Notes under the pieces: model-generated | What the model saw: only the letters and a program-made list of their open reading frames with translations | What the model was told of the DNA's origin: nothing | Database searches by the model: none | Shown: in pieces, positions 13,080 through 26,654 of the stretch | Numbering within the stretch: position 1 is the stretch's first letter | How the letters are laid out: each line of letters starts with the position of its first letter | Assembly: GCA_010093705.1 (NCBI GenBank) | Contig: MU006094.1 | Coordinates: 1,339,550 to 1,403,549, forward strand | DNA: 64,000 nt | Source of the DNA: Patellaria atrata CBS 101060 | Taxonomy: Eukaryota | Direction of reading: 5' to 3' | Position numbers and translations under genes: made by a program

Positions 13080-14067
13080 GTGAAATGTGATTGTGAAAGC
13101 TGGAATTTGGAATCTTGAGACAGGTATGATAATGCTATTGTGTTGTGTTTAGTCACTCTTCTCGAACGGTCAGATTTATTTCCACTAGATATCTGGAGAA
13201 GCTTCGGGATAACTGTTTAGGGATAGCTAAGTGAATTGTGCTCGGGCAAAGAAGTGTAAGTCCATTATTACTCTCTCCCAGACTACCAGGGAGCAAGGTC
13301 AAGGTTTACCTTACCTTACCTTACCTTACATACTCATTAATTAGGTCGATTCACACAGGATCCGTTATTACGGTCTTGTATTAGCAGGAAATATCCTCTG
13401 TCATCATTTCTGGGCCGTGCCTATTACGGAAATAGGATGTAGTAAGGACTACGACATCACTTCCTTAGTATTGATCAGAAGTGCTCTCTTCAAGTATCAT
13501 ACACCTTCTTTTAGCATAAAGACCTGCGTATTCACATCTTAATAGCATAACCAAGATATGCCCAGAGATACTCCACCAGTCTATATCAGCCTTCGACTCT
13601 GATAGAAGACGTTTATCACCTTCTTTCGGGACACCAAACACCTGATCGAACTGGATAGCCTCACCTTCTGCAATTATCCGTACCTTAAAATTCCCGGTAG
13701 TTCTGACAATAACTTTAAATATGGTCGCATTAACGGACACTATCCTTTGTACGGGACATCGCGTGGTGTTAACACATCAGTAGTGGCACTCTAAGTGCAT
13801 TCCGGCCCAAAAGCACAACTTAACCGTATATCCAAGGACTCGGATCAGATCATGCCTTAATTATTCATATGATTCATCTGACTCAATTTTCTGGTACAGA
13901 CAAACGCACCATGACTAGACTCCAAATAGGTTACTGGGCAAGGAATTGCTCTCCCTGGAACCCGCATGTATTGGTATTCTACCATTCCCACGGTCATGCG
14001 TTTTCCTTGGTATGCTATATACAAAGCACCATGTAAAGATCCCTTTTCTTTTAACTTCATACATGAT

Positions 14068-15533
14068 ATGGACGGCGCCGACAGCTTGCTCGCTGTCGCG
14101 ATTGTCTTCCTAATCTTGACGTGGGTATCGACATTCCTTCGTTGTTATGTACGGCACTGGATGCTTCGTTCCTTCGCCATTGATGACTGGATTGCCGCTG
14201 TGACACTGGTAAGACGCTTCAATCGCAACATCTTATGCATAGTCTAATAATCTGTCAGATCCTGTTTACTATATTCGTCGGGTTTACCATTGAGGGTTCT
14301 AGAAATGGCCTCAACGATCATCTTCCGCCCAACGCTCCTTATGAACTCGGTACGGTGCAGTTGAAGTGGTTTTTGCTCGCGACACTGGTCTACATCCTTA
14401 CCATCACCACCCTCAAGGTATCCATTGGGTATACGCTGTTGCGGTTCGCACCGAATAAGAAATACAGGATTATTATCTGGATTGTGGTAGCTGTAACGGT
14501 GGGTCGATATCTTTCACTTTCTCATATACACTCCATGACTACGTACCTGGCAGCCCTCTACGTATACATATACTCCTCCCTCATCTAACCCCGACGATCC
14601 CATACGATACCATACCAACCCCCTTCTAACCCCACACAGACCGTCGTAGGCATATTCTACTTCTTCTTCCTCCTCACCGAATGCTCCCCCCCTTCCCGCT
14701 TCTGGACCGCCCACGCCGAACACCCCAAATGCCGCGACCCACGCATCACGGGCGGCGCAGCCCTGGTACTCTCCGGCGTAAATGCGCTCACGGACTGGAT
14801 ATTCGGCCTCTTACCTATCGGCATCGTGTGGAAGCTCAAGATGAGCAAGTTCCAAAAAACGGTCGTGAGCGGGGTCTTAGCGATGGGGATATTGTAAGTT
14901 TGCCTTCTTCGATGATCGGCAGCAAGTAGTGCGTTATAGTACGAAGATACAGATGCTGACACCGATCCGCAGCGCGAGCATCGCGACAATCGTCCGCATC
15001 GAATCCATCATCGTCTTCGCCACCGCGGTGGAGGATCCCCAACGTAAATTCCCCCTCCCTCATACCACCCAAAACAAAGCTAACGCGTCCACCACGAAAC
15101 AGCAAACGGCATAGGCGGCATCCTCCTCTGGTCCATAACCGAGCCCGGTATCGGCCTGACCGCCATCTCCCTCGCCGCCCTGCGTCCCCTGATCTCCCGC
15201 TTCTCCGTCCGCATGCGCACCAAATTCTCCACCTCCACCTCCGCCTCTGCCCTCGAGCGCTCTATCAGGGTGCGCGGGCTGGAATTCGAGCTCCTCGAGG
15301 AAGGACGGGACGGGGGCCGGCTAGGTGCGGGGAGAGGGATGGGAGAGGGAACGGTGGTCAGGGTGGAGAAGGGGGTTGAGGAGTGGGAGAGTGGAGGGAG
15401 TAGTATTGCGGGTGAGGGGAATGGGGGGAGAGGGGCGAGGAGCACGACTGAGCTGGTGGAGGTCAGGGGGAAGAACGAGGGTGGGGGGAGCGCTGCACCG
15501 GGGCTGCGGGTTAATGTGCATGAGGCGTTGTAG
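14068..15533 (+). CDS. PTH11-like integral membrane protein (fungal rhodopsin-domain GPCR), no CFEM domain
   Basis: Five exons; introns at ~14209-14258, 14499-14639, 14893-14972 and 15044-15102. The spliced product has LRCYVR..DDW, KVSI..LLR, ECSPPSRFW, DWIFGLLP, VWKLKM..K, ASIATIVR and WSITEPGIG..A.SLAALRPL. Confidence 0.88.
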
Positions 15534-16329
15534 AATAGGTATATGGATTCGGCTTTGGTCTTGCTGTGGTTCTGGGCTGGCGTTTGGGTGGGTTAGAGAG
15601 ACGTATGGGCTGGATTTGGATATGTGTGGTTATGACTGTATTGTTAGTTATGATGGACACAGCTTTAGTATGTATGCCTAGTACTATCGTGAAGCTGACA
15701 GTAGACTCCCATACCATGCAGATCATATCGAAAGACCTCGTCAAGCTATATTCTCTTGTCTCTGTTCGGTGATTGTGATTCTAGGCGAAAGAGAGATGTA
15801 AATGTTTTGGTATTAGCATCACAGTGGTAAATGCTCATGAGCTCTACTATTCAAGTCTCCTACTACGGTCATTAACTATCTCATTTGGAGAAGGTCGGTC
15901 AGATACATGAATGGAATTTTCATTTTTAAGAGAACATACATCTATATCCTCAATGTGGTACTAGCTACCCATGACAGTGCTTTTCGAGTCCGAATGCTCC
16001 CAACTCCCTAATATCCTACAATAGTAAATAAAGTACCCAGGTGAGTACCTATATGGAGACATCCAGCTTGAGCAGCTAGAATATGTATCGCCCATATTTT
16101 AGCTCTAAGCAGACACTACCATCACCCTCACCTCCTTTGGACACAATTCCACACCTCCACATGTCGTAATAGGACGACTCCATATAGTGCTACCCTTACT
16201 GTCCTTGCATCCGCAAATCTGATCCTTCTTACCATAATACTTCCTGAGTGCGTGTTAGCTAAAATTCTTGTCTGTGAGAAATATTCACAAAGAACAAATA
16301 GAACTCACGCTCTCGTGCACTCACGATAT

Positions 16330-19300
16330 CCGTTTGGATTTACAGTGGCAGAGCACGTCATCCTAGGTGATTCGGTGAGGGAAGATGTCTTTACAGGGCG
16401 CTCTTGGCTATAGGTCTGTGATTCATCCAGCATGTCGGATCATGTCTCGTTAAAACAGGCTGTCTTGCCGCAGCGTACGAGTTTTGACTATCTGGTCCGA
16501 TCCAGGACCGCAGCCGCATGCGGTAGACCACGGAGAGTCGTTGTTGTGAAAGTTGCTTAAAATCATTAGCAGGGTGTCCAAAAGTTTTGTTGTCAGTAAA
16601 AAGGGTAGGGTCGAATGTGCTTACAAGCGTGTACACGGGTAAGACTTCGGATCGTAAGGGGGGAAGTTGCAGTCTTCAGAAGAAGTCTTCGTTGATCGAG
16701 CTTGGCCCAGACAGAGTATTTGGCCGCAGATGTTCACTACATCGGTGTTCACAGTCTCGCATAAGTAAGTAGGATAGGTAGTAGACATGGCTGCGTATGT
16801 CCACATCTTAGAAGATGTTCAGTTAGCCTGTTGATTATGAATGGAAGAGAAATAAGCTAAGAACTTACGTGTTACGACAATCACCAAGCGTCGGCTCCGA
16901 GGGCAGAGGGTTACAGTCAGTTGAAGCCCTCGATCGGCGTGATGTGAAGAACGGTAGCGTCGTAGCTTCATTGAGACAAAGTACTCTGTTGCGAACAGTT
17001 GTTGGAGTTGCCGACAGTATCTCACATTTACAAGCAGTGGAAGTCTTTGAATCAGTACCTAGATAACTCCTGTCCAATATATGTCAGTCTCTATTGAAAG
17101 GCGAGGACAGAGCAACAAGAAACTTACATGCGCGTACATTTACCATTCTATGTTTCCGTTAGAGTAATACGGATACAAATATCCAGGGTCGATTTTGAAG
17201 TAACGCTAGTGATAGATTTGACCTCGTTTGTGTATACCAGTGGACAACCTGTAGCGGCTCGAGTCTGCATGACTTTAAAGGTTCCCTGGCGCCCGCACTT
17301 GTAACTTCCCAAACCACTAAACTCTGGTCAGTATTCACTCCATAACGGGAACAAGTTGTTTTTCAATTAAGTTACCTCTTGACGCAACCACCAAAACGTT
17401 GATCAAGTGGACAAGTGCACGGTTGATTAGGTCTAGTTGTGGATGCAGCATTGTTCGTAGAAGGAATCTGATTTCCACCACAGCTGCCGCCAGTTATAAT
17501 ATTCGTGGTTCTGATTACGCATTCCCTCTCTGGTGTGCAAGATATCATGACTGAAGATATGGTCCTACTACCTCCACAGGGATCCATAGTAGCAGAAGTG
17601 GTATCAGTAGATAAGCTACCATTTTCGCCCTGGTCCTCGCTGGTATTAACAGTCAGACTGGCCGGACATGCAGATCCACTAGCAGACATCCCAGTTGTGG
17701 TACCTTTGATATTGCAACCTGTCGTAGGGATACCAACGGATGTAGTGCATTTAGACGCGGTGCAAGTGACGTAGACATTAGAGAAAGTGACCTTTGTACA
17801 CGCAGAAGTAGATGAAGAACGAGTAGGAGATGCCGATTCCCGCGTAGAAGTTCTGTCTTCGCCTTGGTCATTATCAGGATTAATGCTAGCTGGACCAGTC
17901 GGACACGCTGGTCCACCACTAATCGTTGTGGTATGACCTTGAATACTGTAACCCGTGAACGTTCTACCTATTGAAGTCTTGGATTTGAAAGAAGCAGAGC
18001 AAGATATGTAGACATCTGATACAGTTACTACTTGCGTGCAGGTCCTTGTGGTAGAAGTAGGACCATCACTTGAAGCGCGTGACGTGCTACCGGAGGCCTT
18101 CGAACTAGTTAGCGATCTGCTGGGAGTGGTACCAGGAGTGTTGATCTCTGGAATGATAGGAGCGGGCCAGTAAATCGGACATTTGGGCGTGGGTTTAGCT
18201 CCAGTTGGCGGTTTGACGTTCGGCTTGACATCCGCATTGGGGATTATACCTCGATTACCACCACATCCGTTTAGGCCGCACAATATTCCTCTTGAACCGC
18301 CTCTGGCAGTCGTAGGCATCCACAAAGACCACAAACTCCACCGCAGCCACACAGACCGCAATGGTGGGTGCCGCCGCCTGTACCGCATCCAAACAAGAAG
18401 CACCACCTCGATCGATGTCCACGCTTGTGTGAGCCGTCGTAACATCCAGTAGGACCCTTGAAATGGCCATCATCATCGTCGTCACTGCCACTATCGCTGC
18501 CAAATTCACTCTCAGAATAGACAATGTTACCCCATTCCTCTTCATCATTGTCATTTGGTTGTGAAATTATTACAGGTCCAGTCGTACTCATTGAAACTGG
18601 CAATGTCTGGGTATGGATCTCGGGACACGTGGAAGGAGGCTGAAAGACAACTAATTTCGGAAAGCCACCTGCTGGTGGATTGACTTCGAATGTTGACATC
18701 GGTTGTATCACTTCCGTTTGTATTGATCTCGGAAAGAAGTTCGACTTCAATGTCATCGGTGCTGGTGGTGAATCTGACATCCAAGGGAAGGGCGGAATGG
18801 TCTGTTCGTTCGAACCTAGGGTGACGACGAATGAAGGGGGAATGATCATAGACATAGGGTGGAAGGCACTATTACCTTCTCCTTCGGTAGCGGTTATGTC
18901 CCAAAATTCCAAGCAGCTCGTAGTTAAATTCGGAACATCAAAAGAAGTCTTTTTGAGAACTAGTTCATTAGATGAGTTTGAGTATAACCACGTCGTCATC
19001 TTGGAACGTAATCGTAGTTGGGACAGGAAGTTGAATTCCGGGAATATAGATTGTACACGGTGGCTTGCATCACACAGTCGAGTGGGGATTTTGCCACAAT
19101 TTTGGTTTTCCATGAAAGTTGACACGGCGGCTTGACATGCTATTAATTATACTAGTCATTGTTCGCCTAGAATTTGGCAGGATAGTCAACTTCCCACCGT
19201 GAGAGCTTGTAGATAAAGGAAGTTGCTTGGAACAAGAACTAGTAGTAATAGGGGTTTGAGTCGATCGAGAAGTATTCGAGATAATTGGTTGAACTGAACG

Positions 19301-20437
19301 GGAAGTTGTAGAACCTGGAAGTTGTTTTGAGCGGGAAGTTGTAGAGACCGGTGGCTGTCCAGATCGAGAGCTGCTGGGGAGAATGGGCTGACCGGAACGA
19401 GTTCTTCCAGAACCAGATGTCGGGGAGGAACTCAAAGACCTTGAAGTTGAGATCTCTGAAGCTTCTGGACTAGACGAGGCACTATATCTACTTGAACTTG
19501 AGTGTGATATTAACCCTGAACGAGTAGATGTAACCTTTGTTGCGGTGGAAAAACCAGGTAGTTCACTCAAAGGTTTCGTCGTTCGTTTTGATACCACCGG
19601 CGGTGAGAGCGGAACATTGAACTTAATGCTGATAGAGGAAGTAGCCTTTACCGACGAATCTCTCGAGTTTAAGAACGAAGGATTAACAATGGGCCTCGAA
19701 GATCCAGTTGGGAGCGACACTTTGGAGCTCGAAGATGGCTTCGAGATTGAGGGAAGCGACGTAGGGGAAGGAACAACTCTGGTAGTCCTATTAGAGCTTG
19801 GGTGAAAAGATTTGCTACTCATGAGTCTTGAATATTGGCCAGAAAGTATACTTAAGGGGCACTAGCATTAAGATTTATCAGCTTGGTACCAAAACCCGTA
19901 GTGACTGTAGACTTCGAGAAGATGATAGCACTGGGAAGGGTAGGAGCAGCTGAATATGTAACCATAGAAGGAATCACGGCATCGGCCGACCCAGTAGTAG
20001 CGAGCGGAATTTTCGTGCATAGCACGAATACTTTACCGTTCTCATCTTCATAAATCTCGCCTTCGCAGATTCTTGCCGTCCCGGGAACAGGCGGTACACT
20101 GTCTTTGGACCGCAAAGTTGGCGGCATTGTAACGATAGTGTTACCGAGAGTCGAGACCTTGGAAGGTAGACCGGTGATAAAGCCATTCTTGATCTCATAC
20201 ACAGGAAGATTTGGAGCAACGGCTGCATCCAACTTGTCTTCGTCCTTTCCTGTAACAATGCGCTCATGGAGTTCATGACCAGACTTAGACGTATTAGCAA
20301 AATCAGGAGGAGATAGCTACCATTGGGCGGACATATGAGGATGTGCAATGCAGTGATTAACTTACCACATATGGGTCCACAGAGCTTGCGATCTGTGCAG
20401 AGGTTATGCCTAATATGATGGCAATTAGTAGCATCAT
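16330..20437 (-). pseudogene. Large multi-exon secreted Ser/Thr/Cys-rich repeat protein, disrupted by frameshifts and stops
   Basis: Signal-peptide exon 20437-20366 (MMLLIAIILGITSAQ). Introns at 20365-20284, probably 19197-19140, then 17375-17317, 17127-17070, 16868-16807 and 16624-16556. Frameshifts near 19855, 18315, ~16800 and ~16480; in-frame TAG at 17150-17148. The 3' end is approximate. Confidence 0.7.
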
Positions 20438-22333
20438 CGCTTTCAAACGCGCTATGATGGTGGGAACGTTGGTATCGTATCGGAAAGTGAAATATGTCTA
20501 ATTGGTGCAGGCTTAGTTGTAGAGAAAAGAAAATGGCGGTTGTAAGAGTAACACCAAAGAATTCTTAAATAATGCGCGAGTGGGATTGCCGCCGAGCTTC
20601 GACAAGGTTCTGATAATTACGTGCGGTTACCAGACTCTTTCTAGTGAGACATTCGCCGTCCCCATCACGGATTACCCTGATAGGTAATATGTTCTTGTGG
20701 AAAGTCAATTGACTTCCGGTCGTCCTGTGAGTGAATTGGGTTTTGAACACACCGGGGTGGCGGAACAAATAATTGACGTATGCAAATACGCGGTAGACCC
20801 AAGTCCGGGTGGGATACTCACCTTGCCCCCTACCTCTAAACTTGATGGAAGCTAGATTGGGGACACCGCTGCTTTGAAAACAAAGATAGATAGATGGTTC
20901 CTTGAGTTGAAACGCTAGCCTTTCATCAATCGATCGTGCCGCATATGGTACTGCTGCGGGACGAAGAACAAATAGTGATCAAATGATCTGTAGAACCAGT
21001 AGGAGATCTGTACAGGTTATCGTATCTCTATAACTCCAGCAGATGAGCACTACCCGAGACCGGGTCTGGATATAGGTATGGCGGAGTATCATATCGTTTC
21101 TCTTCATTAAGAAAATCGCTGGGAATCGTAGCAATGCTTCTGTCAAAGGAAAGATCTGTCAGCTGTTGACTATGTATTCGGGATAAGTGGAACCTACATA
21201 TGCCTTGATAGAGAACATCCCAAAATACTTTGAAAGGTAGCTAACGGTGCATAAGCAGAAACGGGAATTCCGTAGCGACAGTGCTATACCACAGCTGTAA
21301 TTACCTTATTCATAGTACGACCTGCAATACCAAAATGATCTGTTTACGGGACAGCATAGATTCGACAGGCGGCACATTTGTACACAAAGGTAAAAGATTA
21401 AGAAGATTTGAAATTCAGTAACAAAACAGAGGTCTTTCGGAAGCAGCGGTCTAAACAATGTAAAGACAATGATCTTAGTCATCTCAATGTACAGGAATGA
21501 ACTAAGACGAGAACCTCAGACTGATCTTCACCAAGAAGTAAGAAAATATCATGAAATAGACCATATGCGCAGGATTGACTTAAGAGGAGAGAACACATCG
21601 AAAAGAAGCATTCTATATCATGAGACAACGGCTACCCGTTGCTCAGGATCCTGTACGGCTTCATATATTACCACCCCATTGATAGCAAGCTTTACTATGA
21701 TATCCTACAAACAGGACCTGCGGTACACACTATCCAGAATGAAGAGAGTCGAAGAGAGAATATTCTGATACTATCTTCGAACTTTCGTTACGGGGCGTTG
21801 TGCTGCACGAAACGATCGAAGATGGGTGGCATTTTGACGGTATACATGAGAATGCCTAAGAACATCGGTAAACCGTTCCCAAAGGAATGTTTGATAATCT
21901 GCTTATTACCTTCGTTTAAGTTACACTATGAGTGAGAAGTATGAAGTTCCAGTTGAAAAGGACCACCTTAGACCCTTGGAAGCTTCGTGCCGAGTAAAGC
22001 TAAGCCGGGACCAGATGGTGGTGAATTGGTGATGCGATATCTCCTTATCCAATCTCCACAACGAGGTTTTAAATCCGTCCATAAGTTTAATTACATGATT
22101 CAAAGATCCATGAGGTGGATTACGTTGACCCATACCGAGTAGCAATGCGCTTATGTCCGTCTACTCTGCCTCGCCACGTTGTTTATATCCGTAATGGATA
22201 TAAACTGCCACCATGGCCCTTGAGTTGATTGTGAGCCCTTCAGATAAAAGATATTTGTAGAACATTTGATACTATACAAGGATATATCCAGTAATATTAC
22301 TACTTACCGGGATTGGACAATCACTTAAACACA

Positions 22334-23579
22334 ATGCCTCCCTCGAGACACGACCCTCGTCCAAACCCCTTGGAAGGACCAGGTACGCTTAATCAACTTT
22401 AGCATCTCTTCTCTTGTAATAGCACTCCTAGATTACTGTACAGTTGTTCTTTGAGCGGACTTGGAATCAACTGTACCATATAAAGACTGTAAACTGTAGG
22501 AACGCTTACTCCGTCGATTGTGTAGCAAGCGTAGAGGGAGAGGAGTACTAACAACAACAAGGAAAGAGAAACACATACAGAAAACTGACAAGGCACTAGG
22601 CGACTATACCACAACCTCCGTAGTTCATAGCGACACCTATCCCGCTATTGACCCGACCAAACTCGATCTCTCCGGCAAATCCGTTTTCATCAGCGGCGCG
22701 TCCAAAGGGTTGGGTCGAGCGATAACGCTTTCATTCGCGAAAGCTGGTGCGTCACGTATAGCAGCTGGTGCACGTTCCGACCTCTCATCCCTAGAAAATG
22801 AAGTTCAAGAGGCTGCATCAGCCGCGAACCGACCCAGACCCAACTTTTTAACGGTCAAATTCGATGTCTCAGACGCAAAAAGCACTGAAGGGGCCGCAGT
22901 GACTGTAGAGAAGGCTTTCGGACGCGTAGACATCGTGGTCAACAACGCGGGCGTCATTGGTTGCACGAAACTACTCATGGAGACGGATCCTGATGAATGG
23001 TGGTTTACGTGGAGCGTTAATGTTAAAGGTCCCTATCTCGTGACGCGAGCGTTTCTGCCATTAATGCTGAAGGGCGGGGATAAGACGTTTCTAACGGTAA
23101 ACAGCGTTGGAGCTTTGCTCCATATGCCGACCCTGAGCGACTATCAGCCATCGAAGCTGGCGACGTTACGATTTTCGGAACATATTTGTGCGGAGTATGG
23201 TGATAAAGGAATTATAGCGTATTCGATACATCCGGGGAATATGCTTACGGATATGCTCTCTGAAGTAATGAAAGGGAAGGGTTCGGAGGGTTTAAATCAC
23301 AGTATGTCAGGCTAATGCCGCATTGCTCCATTTCAATTCTTTATAGAGATAAACTACTCTTTTTGTTTTTTAGGTTGATGGACTACAACTGACTATGCTG
23401 CAGTATTTGTTGATAAAGTGGAACTGGCTGCAGACACGATTGCGTATTTGACATCGGAAAGACGGGAGTGGCTACGTGGACGATATATCAATGCAACATG
23501 GAATATGCCGGAACTGATGGCGAAGAAAGATGAAATTCAAAGGACGGATAAGTTGAAAGTCCGGCTCATTTTGCCATAG
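22334..23579 (+). CDS. Short-chain dehydrogenase/reductase (SDR)
   Basis: Exon 1 encodes MPPSRHDPRPNPLEGP. Introns at 22383-22599 and ~23303-23403. Motifs: SGASKGLG Rossmann, VNNAG, catalytic YQPSK, HPG, and a last exon ending WLRGRYINATWNMPELM..KLKVRLILP*. Confidence 0.9.
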
Positions 23580-23929
23580 AACGTATCTACTTGGGTCGTT
23601 AGCATAGTGCACATTTCGAATCATCAGCAAATGCGGAGGGAATGAATGTATACTTTCAATTACCTATGAATTCTGTGGCAGACTAATGCACTCGAAGATA
23701 GTAAAAGGTATAGATATCAGAGACGCAAGGAATCGAGAAGTATTAACAGCCTCAAAGTTCATAGCTCTCAGGAGGGTTAAAGGTTTGAAATCAACCCCTT
23801 AGGATAAGTGGTACACATGAGATCTAAATTCTGCTATCTATGACACTGAAGACGAAACTATTCACAAGTACAGTCCCACAAATGGGAGAGTCAAAGATGG
23901 GGAGATTGAGAGTCGAGTTAATAAGCATT

Positions 23930-24750
23930 CTATAGCACTGATAGATCGCCAAATTTTTCCTACAAAAGTATTAGCTGTTGAATCATGCTATGGGCGATCC
24001 AGAGGATTGGTATTACCTTATAGCCCGGAACGTCCCAGCGACCCTTTGTGACCAATTCGGAGGTTTTCTTGTCAATGTCCGGTTGAGCAGCCGCGACCTC
24101 ATCCTACATTTCTTTGTCAGCTTTCATGTCACCAACGTTTGGAGTATCCTTCAACCCCGGATAGAAACACTCATTAGTTTGAGTGACCTTCTCTGTACGT
24201 ACTACAGTCAGATCTTCGAACGGTCTAGCATCCTCAATATTCTTCAACGTCTTCTGTAGTGCGCTCAACTCTTTCTCCACTACTGCTTTTGTTTCTTCTG
24301 CACTCTGCACGGCTTGTGCCTCGAAAGCTTCGATAGCCTTGAGCTGCCTATTTACATCGTACGTGGCAGGTTTGAAGCTAGAGAAGTGCTTCTCAATCTC
24401 GTCCACGACCGCAGTGTTTTTCAAAATCGAGCGGTAATGCGCGAAATCGACCGTTTGGGGTGCGTCACTGAGTTGGGTGACCTTGCGGCGGGCATCGTCG
24501 TTTCGCTTCTTGAAAGCTGCGAGAGAAGTAGCAGTAGTACCTTTGAGACCAAGCTGTATGGGTAGCTTGGTCCAGTCAAGCTTGAGAGTTGCGCTGCGCT
24601 GTGAATACAACTCAAGTTAGCTAAGTGAACAGTGGATAGAGCATGTTGCGACGCATGGACAAAGCCGAGGACGATTACATATGCATCAATGGCAATTGAT
24701 AGTGCTGAACGATGGTATGGAGAGGCATCTGAACTTACTCCGAGGGCCAT
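23930..24750 (-). CDS. ATP7: Mitochondrial ATP synthase subunit d
   Basis: Four exons: MALG | RSATLKLDW...ARPFEDLTV | [29 protein letters not shown] | EKFGDLSVL*. This is typical fungal subunit d. Confidence 0.95.
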
Positions 24751-24862
24751 TGTGATGGTTTGGACGCTGTGAGGAGTGGAGAGCGGATGTAATGAATGTC
24801 GTCGTCAGGTGTTGAAGGAGACTGTCTTCGGACGCATCGCTCCAAGCCTTGGCCTAACCACG

Positions 24863-24870
24863 CACGTGAC
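24863..24870. promoter_or_regulatory. CACGTGAC (CDEI/Cbf1-type bHLH E-box) upstream of ATP7
   Basis: Exact GTCACGTG on the minus strand ~115 nt upstream of the ATP7 ATG. Function is inferred only. Confidence 0.35.
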
Positions 24871-25420
24871 CCGACCTTTTTGCAGTCAACTTGAAAATTA
24901 CTGGGTCAAAAGTTACACGTTAGAACATCATGATGCACATGGGTTATATGTCTTTGCTCAAGCCTATTACAAGAATTGTAAAATATTTCACATTGCAGGT
25001 AGTAAATAATTAGTACAGGAATAATATCTCTGCTAAAGAGACGGTAGCGCTGGTGCTATCTTGTATCAAAGAGCTCTCTCTAATTCACAAGTTCCTTTTC
25101 CGGACGAATTGTAGCTTCATCGATATAGCTAGTTGTATTATCAAAAGATGTGGTTGGTTATTGAAGGAACAACGCTGATACTGGACACGTTACCTGGACA
25201 AATCATATGCTCCACGAGGAGATGGGAACAGGTATTATAGTCACCATGTTTAAAATTATGTATTTCTACAAGGTTTCTTTTGAAGAGGTAGCTAATCACT
25301 TTCGGTTACTACTCTTCGTATTCGAGGTCATTGTCGCCCCCCATAAGCTACCAGCTCGTTTTCCCTTAGTAATGCGAGAGAATGGCAAGCGTAACGGTTA
25401 GCCCCTAGTTGTAGTCCAGC

Positions 25421-26217
25421 CTATATGCTGAGTGCCATGATAGAGTTGACAATATCATTATCGTTCTCTTTGAGAGCCTTAATCGCCTTCTTCCTTGAGA
25501 CACTGGCTTGTTGCATGACAAGCTCAATATCTTTGTCCTCGAGACCCGTAGCATCGACTTCCTCGCCGTCATCTTCATCGTCGTCGTCTTTCTTGGGGTC
25601 GGTGGATTCGATGGCCTTGCCTTTGTCTCCATGGTCATGGCCGGCGTGCGGGTCGGCATCGCTGGCGTTGGCGAGCTGCTGAGCTGCTGAAGCTTGAGCT
25701 TGGGAGTTAAGATCTTCAATCTTTGCTTCACCGAAGATACTGATGAATGGTCAGGTATGGTTGGACTCAAGACGTTAATGAGAGGAATTGGAAACCTACA
25801 TCCAGGTGTTGCTTGAAGGTGACTTGTATACGTCTGGCTGATTGATCACGAACAAGATCTATAATATAAAGATTAGCCTCTGGTCACAATGAGGTGAAAA
25901 GTCTATGGATTCTAGACGTCACAGCTGATAACTTGTGAACGTCGAAGGTTGGCCGCACTCAGTTCGGAAATATCACTCACATTCTTCGGCCTCCTCAAAG
26001 TAACCCTGGTAATACCCTCGACGTGCTTCAGACCTAACTTAGCAATTGCCTTCCTAGCTTTCTTCTCATTGCGGGAATGCACAGCAACAGATGCGCCGGC
26101 TGGGATATTGGCCTCGCCGGCCTCTACCTCGGAATCGGAGCTATCACTTGCATCCTCGACCTCGGCGCCCTTCTTTTCGGGCTCGTCTGGAAGTTCTTCG
26201 ATACGAGGATTCGACAT
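25421..26217 (-). CDS. EGD2: Nascent polypeptide-associated complex subunit alpha
   Basis: Three exons: [44 protein letters not shown] | [19 protein letters not shown] | [18 protein letters not shown] ([36 protein letters not shown]). Confidence 0.96.
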
Positions 26218-26654
26218 AGTGGAGGTGTTGTATGTGTGATGATGGAGTGGAGCTGGAGGTGCGGTTCGTCGTTGTTAAGTTTTAGGTTTCGTGAGTGGGA
26301 GCTTAGGCGAGGTGGGATGGATTTTGCAGGTCCGCAACTACTGTAAACTACGGTACTCTGTCGCAAAAAATAATGTGGACAAGTTCAGACAACACAAGAT
26401 AATGAAAATATTTTGATCACTCTATAAAATACAAGGTGATCATGTGCATTTCTGACCCGTTCTGATGGAGACCGAATTATTTTCTGGTCCGCGTCACGAC
26501 TAAAATGGGCCATAATATATTTGTCTTATGAGTGAAACCTCATCAAGTATTTGATTGAAATGCTCTGGGAAGTAGTCTTAGACGCCGATTATAGACAAGG
26601 AGACCTTCCGATGCCAGACATAAACCATCACTCTCTAACCGTCACCAAGCACCT

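Noticed and set aside
21469..22145. Cluster of 74-99 aa ORFs, and similar ones at 13465-13740, 39315-39524 and 42155-42433
   Set aside because: No recognisable motif or splice structure. They may be old gene relics but are not supportable without blastx.
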